From: Gemmatimonadales bacterium
GTDB lineage: Bacteria > Gemmatimonadota > Gemmatimonadetes > Gemmatimonadales > GWC2-71-9
Reading direction: 5' to 3'
NCBI GenBank assembly: GCA_041577295.1
Contig: JBFGJG010000011.1
Coordinates: 1 to 64,000 of the forward strand
DNA length: 64,000 bases
Below the pieces are notes generated by a model. That model saw only the letters and a list, made by a program, of their open reading frames with translations. It was not told the origin of the DNA and made no database searches. Position numbers and translations under genes: made by a program. Shown piece by piece: positions 57,575-64,000 of this stretch (the first letter of the stretch is position 1; every line of letters starts with the position of its first letter).

Positions 57575-58776
57575 GTGGCGGCCATGGCCGAGCGCTTGTC
57601 ACGCCCAAAGGCGAGCTGCACATCACCGAGAAAACGTTCGCGGAATCCTCCCTCGCAGTAGGCGAAGTAGAACTCCCACAGCCGGCGAAACTCTTCGGAA
57701 AATCCGAGCGCGCTGACCCGTTCCCAGCGTGCGACGAAGTTTTCTCGCCAGCGACGGAGCGTTTCGGCGTAGTGGCTGGTGATGTCTTCGTGGTGTACCA
57801 GGACGAGACCGGCACGAGCTGCCGCTGTCCGGAGTCGCTCGAGTGAGGGGATGCACGATCCGGGAAAGATGTAACGCTTGATGAAGTCTATTTCGCGGCG
57901 GGCTCGGTTGTAATGTTCGTCGGGGATGGTGATGGATTGGAGTCCCATTCTCCCACCCGGCGCCAGCAACGCAGCGCACTTCTGGAAGAATTGGTGCAGG
58001 TATTCGTGACCGACCGCCTCGACCATCTCGATCGATACGAGCTTTGTGAAGGATCCACGCAGGTCGCGATAATCCCGATCGAGCACGGTCACTCGATTCC
58101 CCAGAGCCGCCTGTGCCACTCGGCCCTGGGCATGCCGATACTGCTCGCGGGAAATGGTGGTAGTGGTGACACGACAGCCGTAACGCTCCGCGGCGTGCAG
58201 GGCGAACCCACCCCAGCCAGTCCCAATCTCGATCACGTGATCCCGTGCGCTGAGCTCGAGTTTGTGACATAAGCGGTCGTACTTGGCGATCGACGCGTCA
58301 TACAACGTGCTTTCGGGACGCTCGAAGATGCCGCACGAGTACGTGAGTGACTCGTCGAGGAACGTACTGAAGAAGTCATTCCCTAGATCGTAATGTGCGT
58401 GAATGTTGCGGCGGCTTCCGGTCCGCGTGTTCCGCCGCAGCGCATGCCATGCGCGGTGCAGCACCCCCAGGAGGTTACCGCCTCCGGACTCCAATCCATC
58501 CAGCACCGAACGATTGCGAACCATGAGCTGCGCGAGGGACGGCAGGTCGTCGGTTTCCCACCAGCCATCGAGGTACGCTTCGACCGCTCCGAGATGTCCA
58601 CCGAGAGCAATGACGCGGTAGAACCGTTGGTCGTGTACCCGCAATCTCACGTGGGGTGCGGTGCCATCGCCGTAGCGACGCTCGCCGCTGGGATCGACGA
58701 TCGTCAGGTCGCCCCACTCGAGGTGTGAGAGCTGTCGGTGAACCGCTCGCGTCGTGAATCGATCAATCGCCGTCAT
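57571..58776 (-). CDS. Cyclopropane-fatty-acyl-phospholipid synthase family methyltransferase
   Basis: NIHAHYDLGNDFF, TYSCG, EIGTGWGG, SIEMVEAVG, YIFPG, YFAYCEGGF. Confidence 0.92.
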   Translation of the reverse strand: MTAIDRFTTRAVHRQLSHLEWGDLTIVDPSGERRYGDGTAPHVRLRVHDQRFYRVIALGGHLGAVEAYLDGWWETDDLPSLAQLMVRNRSVLDGLESGGGNLLGVLHRAWHALRRNTRTGSRRNIHAHYDLGNDFFSTFLDESLTYSCGIFERPESTLYDASIAKYDRLCHKLELSARDHVIEIGTGWGGFALHAAERYGCRVTTTTISREQYRHAQGRVAQAALGNRVTVLDRDYRDLRGSFTKLVSIEMVEAVGHEYLHQFFQKCAALLAPGGRMGLQSITIPDEHYNRARREIDFIKRYIFPGSCIPSLERLRTAAARAGLVLVHHEDITSHYAETLRRWRENFVARWERVSALGFSEEFRRLWEFYFAYCEGGFRERFLGDVQLAFGRDKRSAMAAT

Positions 58777-59537
58777 GAGACTGACCGCTTGGCCGGGTGC
58801 GTATGAAACGGCGTCCGCTTGAGCCAGAGTCGGAAGGCCTGCCAGTAGATCCCAACGACCACAGTAGCCGTCATCCATGGGTGCCGTGCCAAAGCCCGGG
58901 AGAGGGTGCCGGCGCTGATCTCTTCACGACGCAGCGCCAGGCTCGCATCAAACAGCTTTTGCCCTCCCTCGGTGAAATTCTCCATGTGCACCACGAGCCG
59001 GCGTCCCGGGACGGAGAACTGCCAGCGGTAGTCGTGATTCATCGCCATAAAAGGGGAAACATGAAATTGTTTCTTGAGACAAAACGCTCGAGTTCTCGAC
59101 TCTGATGACCCGTTTAGAGACCCCAAGACGTAGGTATGCCGCTCATTCCATGGGGTGTTGGTGATCTCGGCGAGAATCGCCTCGAGCCGAGTACCTGTGT
59201 CGTCAAAGCAGTAGTAAAAGGTCACCGGGTTCATCACGAGCCCGAAGTATCGCAGATGTGTGAGCATCCGAACCGGGCCCGTCGGACGAGTGCCGAGCGC
59301 CTGCGCGGCCCGGTCCCGCACGGCGTCCGCTAGCGGCAGTGCAGGATCGCCCAGATAATCCGCTCGGCGAAACCACCCAATGGCTGGCCGCCGGGCAGAC
59401 CAGAGCCACCGTCCGTCAAAGACTCCAGGAATCTCGTCCAGATCGAGATACATCATGAACAGCGTATAGCGAAACGTGTGGGGCACAGGATGTATCCGCC
59501 GATGCCGCACGGTTCCTCGATAGACACAGCTGTTCAC
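58773..59537 (-). CDS. DUF1365 family protein
   Basis: GTVRHRR, NPVTFYYC, EITNTPWNERHTY, KQFHVSPF, IYWQAFRLW. Confidence 0.92.
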   Translation of the reverse strand: MNSCVYRGTVRHRRIHPVPHTFRYTLFMMYLDLDEIPGVFDGRWLWSARRPAIGWFRRADYLGDPALPLADAVRDRAAQALGTRPTGPVRMLTHLRYFGLVMNPVTFYYCFDDTGTRLEAILAEITNTPWNERHTYVLGSLNGSSESRTRAFCLKKQFHVSPFMAMNHDYRWQFSVPGRRLVVHMENFTEGGQKLFDASLALRREEISAGTLSRALARHPWMTATVVVGIYWQAFRLWLKRTPFHTHPAKRSVS

Positions 59538-60763
59538 AAGCGCTCTCCGAATCGCTGGCAAACGGTCAGCGCGCTGTTCACACCATCTTCGTGGAAGCCG
59601 TATCCCCAATACGCACCGCAAAAATGCGTACGATCCACACCACTGATGTCTCCATGCCGGCGCTGCGCCGCCACCCCCTCCCGCGTGTAGACCGGATGGT
59701 CATACCGCAGACGACGGATCACGCGTGCTGGAGCGATATCGTTTTCGGAGTTGAGCGACACGCAGAATGTGGTATCCGCCGGGAGGGACTGCAGAATGTT
59801 CATGTTGTAGGTCACCGTCGCCGGGTCGGTCTCCGCGCCCCCATAGCGATAGTTCCACGCGGCCCATGCCCGGCGCCTTCTCGGAAGGTGTGTCACATCC
59901 GTGTGCAGCGTGACAACGTTCGGCTGATACGGCAATGCACCCAGGACGGCCCGCTCGAGCGGCGTGGGGTTCCCCAAGATCGCGAGCGCCTGGTCACTGT
60001 GGCACGCAAAAATCACATGGTCGAAGGGTTGGCCATCGACCAGGACGTGATCGTCCTTGCGTACAACACGATTGACCGGGTGATTCAGCCGAATGCGGTC
60101 TCGGAACGGTGCTATCAACGCGTGGACGTAGCGCGCGGAGCCGCCTTGAATCGTCCGCCACATAGGGCGCCCGGCGACCTGCAGCATGCCGTGGTTCTGA
60201 AAGAATCTGACGAAGAAATCCAATGGCATTGCCATCACGCGATCGCGGGGTTGTGACCAGATGGCCGATCCCATGGGAACGATATAGCGATCGATAAATG
60301 CGCGGGAATAGCGTTCCGCTTCGAGAAACGCACCTAGCGTCATGCCCGTCGCACCGTTGGAGAGTGTCGCTGGCGCACGTCGATTGAATCGCACGACATC
60401 GACCAGCATCCGCATGAATGAGGGGCTGACCAGGTTCCGTCGCTGGACAAAGAGTTGGCGCAACGTCGAGCCGTTGTACTCGAGGCCGGTGCGGTCGCAG
60501 CGAACGCTAAAGCTCATCGTGCTCGGCTGCGTTGGAACGTTTAGTTCCCGTAGAAGACGAACAAAGTTTGGGTAGTTCCTCTCGTTATAGACGATGAAAC
60601 CCGTGTCGACCGGCCAGGTCCCTGCGTCGGCGTCAACCGGAATCGTGTGCGTATGACCGCCCACGTAATCGTTGGATTCAAATAGGGTGATTTCGTGCGT
60701 CCGGGTAAGGAGATGCGCGCATACCAGACCCGAGATCCCACCACCGACGATGGCTATGCGCAC
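59534..60763 (-). CDS. FAD-dependent oxidoreductase (amine oxidase-like; accompanies DUF1365/cfa)
   Basis: IAIVGGGISG, GGHTHT, VDTGFIVYN, ACHSDQAL, AWAAWNY, GYGFHEDG. Confidence 0.92.
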   Translation of the reverse strand: MRIAIVGGGISGLVCAHLLTRTHEITLFESNDYVGGHTHTIPVDADAGTWPVDTGFIVYNERNYPNFVRLLRELNVPTQPSTMSFSVRCDRTGLEYNGSTLRQLFVQRRNLVSPSFMRMLVDVVRFNRRAPATLSNGATGMTLGAFLEAERYSRAFIDRYIVPMGSAIWSQPRDRVMAMPLDFFVRFFQNHGMLQVAGRPMWRTIQGGSARYVHALIAPFRDRIRLNHPVNRVVRKDDHVLVDGQPFDHVIFACHSDQALAILGNPTPLERAVLGALPYQPNVVTLHTDVTHLPRRRRAWAAWNYRYGGAETDPATVTYNMNILQSLPADTTFCVSLNSENDIAPARVIRRLRYDHPVYTREGVAAQRRHGDISGVDRTHFCGAYWGYGFHEDGVNSALTVCQRFGERL

Positions 60764-60764
60764 G

Positions 60765-61643
60765 TCAGCCGGCGCGGAGCAGACGGTCCGGTACCGGTCG
60801 CAAGTCGCTTACGACGCCGAGCCCCTCGAGCAAACGGAGGCCGTAGTAGGTCAAGTCGATTTCCCACCAGAAGAAACCCTGGCGAGCCGAGCCAGGGTAC
60901 TTGTGGTGGTTGTTGTGCCACCCCTCACCGAAGGTGATCAGAGCTAGCAGCAGGTTGTTGCGGCTCTCGTCGGCAGTAGCGAAGCGGCGATCACCCAACG
61001 TGTGGGCGAGCGAGTTTATCAGGCAGGTTGCGTGAAACAGTACCACAGTACTGATAAAGAATCCCCAGATCAGCAACTGCCACCCGCCGGCGAGAAACAG
61101 TCCGACTGCCAGTAGTACCGGCACCAGCACATCGAAGCGGTCCAGGAAGCGAAGCTCTGGATACGTCGCCAGGTCGGGCACCGCGCTCAGGTCGGTGGGA
61201 AAGTTCTCTCGCGAAGTGATCCATCCCATATGGCTCCACAGGAAGCCATGATGCTTTGGTGAGTGGACGTCAGACTCCGTATCCGAGTGCCGGTGGTGCC
61301 GGCGATGGTGAGCGGCCCACCACAGCGGCCCCCGTTGCGCTGCACTGTTCCCCAAGACGGCGAAGACGAACTGCCAAAACCTCGTCGTCCGAAAGGCCCG
61401 GTGTGAGAAGTAGCGGTGGTAAAACCCGGTAATGGCAAACATCCGAACCACATAAAGGCCCGCCGCGACGCCGACAGCGGTCCAACTCCAACCCACCAAG
61501 ACCACGCCCAAGCAGGCGACATGCACCGCCACAAATGGCACGACACGGGCCCAGTCAACACGCTTCCCGGGCTCCGTCACGGTAGGGTGGTTGGTGGTGT
61601 CGAACCACAGGCGGGCGGTCGCAACGATCTGCCGAAGTCTCAC
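60765..61643 (-). CDS. Acyl-CoA/acyl-lipid delta-9-type desaturase
   Basis: His boxes HRYFSH, HRRHH, GEGWHNNHH. Confidence 0.93.
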   Translation of the reverse strand: MRLRQIVATARLWFDTTNHPTVTEPGKRVDWARVVPFVAVHVACLGVVLVGWSWTAVGVAAGLYVVRMFAITGFYHRYFSHRAFRTTRFWQFVFAVLGNSAAQRGPLWWAAHHRRHHRHSDTESDVHSPKHHGFLWSHMGWITSRENFPTDLSAVPDLATYPELRFLDRFDVLVPVLLAVGLFLAGGWQLLIWGFFISTVVLFHATCLINSLAHTLGDRRFATADESRNNLLLALITFGEGWHNNHHKYPGSARQGFFWWEIDLTYYGLRLLEGLGVVSDLRPVPDRLLRAG

Positions 61644-61728
61644 AGCGTATTCACCTCATTGAGCCAATGCCTTGGCGGGTGCCAAAGTCTCCGCCAGGTA
61701 CCTGAGATGCAAGGGCCCCCGCCTCGAG

Positions 61729-61757
61729 AGGCTATCCCTCCGGACTAGGGTTGTCAA
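61729..61757 (-). promoter_or_regulatory. Candidate sigma70 promoter for the lipid-modification operon
   Basis: Minus strand TTGACA-N17-TAGCCT, with an AT-rich tract upstream. Confidence 0.6.
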
Positions 61758-61818
61758 GCAAAAATCGAGTTATTTTATTCTCTACACGCTAGACAGACCT
61801 ATGGGCGACCGGGGGAGG

Positions 61819-62535
61819 TCATGGCGCGGCTGGATGCACCACGTCGCCCATCAGCGCTTCGTGACCGATTCGATCCTTTAGCAGGTACACGCCGAGGTAG
61901 AAGAGCGGGGTGTCGAGCAACGCAAACGCCACCTTGAAAGCGTACGAGCTGAGCATCAGCGCGAGGAGCTTGCCGACGGAATCGACGTCCGGGCCAAGAC
62001 CGGAGTACCAATAGAGGATCGAGAGAATCAGCATGGTGTCGATCAGCTGACTGAAGGTGGTCGAAGCGTTGTTGCGTAGCCAGAGATGTTTTCCGCGGGT
62101 CAGCCGTTTCCAAAAGTGGAATACCTGCACGTCAATAGACTGCGCAACGAGGTAGGCGATCATCGACGCTACCACGTTCGGCCGCATGTAGAAAAAGACG
62201 GTGTCGAATGTCGAGCTGGCACCGGAAACGCCCTGCGCGTCGGGCAGCACAAAGCCGAGCCACATGAGGCCGAGCATGAAGATGTTCATCGCGAAGCCGA
62301 CGAAGACCAGCGATTGGGCGCGCCGGCGTCCGTACAGCTCGCTGACGAGGTCAGTGGCGAGAAACGTGATGGGATATGCGAGCAGGCCGGCGGGTATGAC
62401 GAAGAGACCGAGATCGACGAACTTCGTGACGCCCACGACGTTCCCGAGTGTCAGCGAGGTCAAGAAGATCCCGGCCAACAGCGTATAGAGGACTTCGCGC
62501 CGGTGGTACTGGCCGCCAGCCAGGGTTGCGGTCAT
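61819..62535 (-). CDS. Queuosine precursor transporter (YhhQ/Vut_1 family)
   Basis: YPITFLATDLVSELYG, ASMIAYLVAQSIDV, LWLRNNAST, SQLIDT, ALLDTP. Confidence 0.9.
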   Translation of the reverse strand: MTATLAGGQYHRREVLYTLLAGIFLTSLTLGNVVGVTKFVDLGLFVIPAGLLAYPITFLATDLVSELYGRRRAQSLVFVGFAMNIFMLGLMWLGFVLPDAQGVSGASSTFDTVFFYMRPNVVASMIAYLVAQSIDVQVFHFWKRLTRGKHLWLRNNASTTFSQLIDTMLILSILYWYSGLGPDVDSVGKLLALMLSSYAFKVAFALLDTPLFYLGVYLLKDRIGHEALMGDVVHPAAP

Positions 62536-62656
62536 CGACGCGCAATGTCGTCAATCGTGATGCGCCGACACAAGTGGACGTTCCGAGCGTCAGTCAGCCG
62601 GGTCGAATCATGATCCGGGTGTAGAGTTCTCACTCGACTGCATTGAAAGGATCATC

Positions 62657-63130
62657 ATGAAACCGCGTGTTGTTCCCGGCCCCGGGCAGGAATCTGTGTG
62701 GGACTATCCCCGCCCGCCGCGAGCCGAGCCATTCTCCGGGCACATCCAAGTCCTGGTGGGGGACGTCACAATCGCCGATACGACCCGCGCCATTCGGGTA
62801 CTCGAGACGAGCCATCCTCCCGTGTATTACATCCCACCGGAGGACGTGCAGCTGATGCACCTGCGCCCAACACGAGGTTCGTCGTTCTGCGAGTGGAAAG
62901 GGACGGCGGCGTATTTCGACATTATCATTGGCGACCGCAGGATCGAACGCGTGGCGTGGTGTTATCCATCTCCAACGGCGTCCTTCGGCTCGCTGAAGGA
63001 TCACGTTGCGTTTTACGCCCATTTGGTCGACGAGTGTCTGGTGGATGGCGAGCGGGCACGTCCGCAGGCAGGAGGGTTTTACGGTGGATGGATCACCAGC
63101 TCGGTCGTGGGCCCGTTCAAGGGCGAGTAG
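62657..63130 (+). CDS. DUF427 domain protein
   Basis: QESVWDYPRPP, VLETSHPPVYY, SFCEWKG, FYGGWIT. Confidence 0.9.
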   Translation: MKPRVVPGPGQESVWDYPRPPRAEPFSGHIQVLVGDVTIADTTRAIRVLETSHPPVYYIPPEDVQLMHLRPTRGSSFCEWKGTAAYFDIIIGDRRIERVAWCYPSPTASFGSLKDHVAFYAHLVDECLVDGERARPQAGGFYGGWITSSVVGPFKGE

Positions 63131-63255
63131 GACGCATCTCGGTGTGGGCATGCACCTTGCGATCCCAATGGGCGCACGGTCGCGACAGGGGTGATCAAAG
63201 TTCGCTGGACCCGCGGACGGAGATGCCCAAAATTGGAAGTATCAAGGAGGCCGCT

Positions 63256-63840
63256 ATGAGCCGCCACGCCGCATTGCTCGCCGTCCTCGCCTCACTCGCA
63301 GTTCCTCTCGCTCTGTGTGCCCAGCAATCGTCGGAGATCTACGTCAACGGCGCGCTCGTGACGCAGGAGCAAATCCGAGAGCTGCAGCAGCGCATGGGCT
63401 TGCCGTCGGAGGCCCACATACCAGGGGGGCGTTACTGGTACGACAACATCTCCGGGCTGTGGGGGATGGAGGGAGGGCCCACGCAGGGGCAGCTCCTCCC
63501 CGGGCTCGAGCTCGGTGGGCCGCTACAGTTCGATGCGTCCGGGGGTCAAAGCACCGTGATTATCAACGGTCGGGCGATTCACCCACTCGAGGTTGCCTAC
63601 CTGCAGCGCATCTTTGGCTATGTGATTCCGGGGCGGTACTGGCTCAATTGGCAGGGCATCGGAGGACCGGAAGGGGGTCCGGCCATGTTCAATCTCCTCG
63701 CCGCGGCCCAGCAGGCCGGGGGTGCGGGAGGAGGAGGATACGGCGGGTACACTCGCAGAACGCCCTTCGGGAGCATTGGCGGGGACGGTAACTGCTCGTA
63801 CTTCCTCCATCCCAACGGGTCGAGCGTCATGAACTGTTGA
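63256..63840 (+). CDS. Secreted hypothetical protein with two internal repeats
   Basis: AGGAGG SD at 63245; signal peptide ending ALCA|Q; repeats (Y/I)xNG...IPG(G)RYW...EGGP. Confidence 0.75.
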   Translation: MSRHAALLAVLASLAVPLALCAQQSSEIYVNGALVTQEQIRELQQRMGLPSEAHIPGGRYWYDNISGLWGMEGGPTQGQLLPGLELGGPLQFDASGGQSTVIINGRAIHPLEVAYLQRIFGYVIPGRYWLNWQGIGGPEGGPAMFNLLAAAQQAGGAGGGGYGGYTRRTPFGSIGGDGNCSYFLHPNGSSVMNC

Positions 63841-63935
63841 CGGAAGTCCACCGCCCGTCCCTTCTCCCTCTCCGGTCGGCCGGCTAATCTTCTTCGCCCC
63901 ACACCCAACCGGGCATCGATTGGAGAGGAGCGTTC

Positions 63936-64000
63936 ATGGCGTTGGAAGAGGGAAAGGCCGCACCGAAATTCACGTTACCGCGACACGACGGGTCGACCGT
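63936..64000 (+). CDS. Peroxiredoxin (BCP/AhpC-TSA)-like N-terminus, partial
   Basis: GAGGAG SD; MALEEGKAAPKFTLPRHDGST. Confidence 0.65.
   Translation, partial: MALEEGKAAPKFTLPRHDGST

Noticed and set aside
15028..57661. Long antisense ORFs (e.g. 15028..16176, 19750..20958, 21834..22835, 45233..46366, 56591..57661)
   Set aside because: Shadow frames opposite well-supported genes, with no recognisable motifs.
62536..62656. preQ1 riboswitch upstream of the queuosine precursor transporter
   Set aside because: No preQ1-I stem-loop with an A-rich tail is visible on the minus strand.
1..64000. tRNA/rRNA genes, CRISPR arrays, IS elements, prophage
   Set aside because: No tRNA cloverleaf with T-loop, regularly spaced direct repeats, transposase/integrase or phage structural genes were recognised by eye.

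Overview
GC-rich bacterial chromosomal window. Gene content and order suggest Gemmatimonadota, which is an inference and was not tested. Most genes are housekeeping or envelope genes: yebC-ruvC-ruvA-(small Zn-ribbon gene)-ruvB-queA, tyrS, PBP1A, kbl-tdh, tldD/tldE, rho-ruvX-mltG, aroH-rlmI, thiE, and a desaturase/FAD-oxidoreductase/DUF1365/2x cfa-type lipid-modification operon. No tRNA, rRNA, CRISPR array or transposase was recognised. The most notable region is a ~10.7 kb type IV minor-pilin locus (16.6-27.3 kb) with two FimT/PilV/PilW/PilX sets plus an extra PilX paralog. Intrinsic terminators split it into three units. The first and third units have sigma54-type promoters. The second and third units are each preceded by a GEMM-I cyclic-dinucleotide riboswitch, one with G20 (c-di-GMP type) and one with A20 (3',3'-cGAMP type). 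This suggests that two second messengers select between alternative pilus-tip complexes. Two small genes missing from the ORF track were found: a 54-aa Zn-ribbon protein between ruvA and ruvB, and a 58-aa protamine/histone-H1-like protein. Other notable items are a patatin-ferredoxin fusion, a DnaB paralog lacking its N-terminal domain beside a PorX-like regulator, a stand-alone HisKA microprotein, a possibly inverted thiE, and a secreted protein resembling the plant XLG/EDR4 N-terminal domain.
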